This document shows, in pieces, positions 63,975 through 64,000 of a stretch of 64,000 bases of DNA. Each line of letters starts with the position of its first letter. The stretch's first letter is position 1. The stretch lies in the sequence record PQ182779.1. The stretch is one strand, 5' to 3'. The translations under genes were made by a program, and so were the position numbers. Under the pieces are notes generated by a model. The model was given only the letters and a program-made list of their open reading frames with translations, was not told the DNA's origin and did not search any database.

Positions 63975-64000
63975 ATGTCTGATTTACTCGATTTACTGGT
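63975..64000 (+). CDS. start of a gene running off the window (MSDLLDLL...)
   Basis: SD AAGGTG and ATG after promoter motif. Confidence 0.55.

Noticed and set aside
1-64000. tRNA genes, CRISPR arrays, introns/inteins, IS elements or integrase
   Set aside because: No cloverleaf with T-loop consensus, no regularly spaced repeats, no intein termini and no transposase or recombinase motifs were found by eye. tRNAscan-SE and a CRISPR finder would be needed to exclude them formally.

Overview
This is a dense, almost entirely plus-strand segment of a large lytic phage genome, most consistent with a phiKZ-like jumbo phage of an enterobacterial host. That assignment is an inference from a recurring CTATATCAC-N5-TG promoter motif, a thymidylate synthase with long inserts and the gene organisation; no core virion or RNAP genes are in the window. 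It holds about 110 mostly small hypothetical genes separated by hairpin terminators. Recognisable genes include a broad NAD+/ADP-ribose toolkit (NadR, PnuC, Tpt1/KptA, two macrodomains, and a coupled Prs-like + NAMPT-like pair matching the NARP1 anti-defence architecture), ThyA, DHFR, PhoH, two AAA+ ATPases, an HD hydrolase and an orphan HigA-like antitoxin. The four confidently coding minus-strand genes are all glycan-related: two tailspike/depolymerase genes (one with a P22-type head-binding domain) and a glycosyltransferase pair with three DxD-type GT-A domains resembling mycobacteriophage virion-glycosylation enzymes. I saw no tRNA, rRNA, CRISPR array or integrase. All homology calls come from motif recognition and recall, not database searches.
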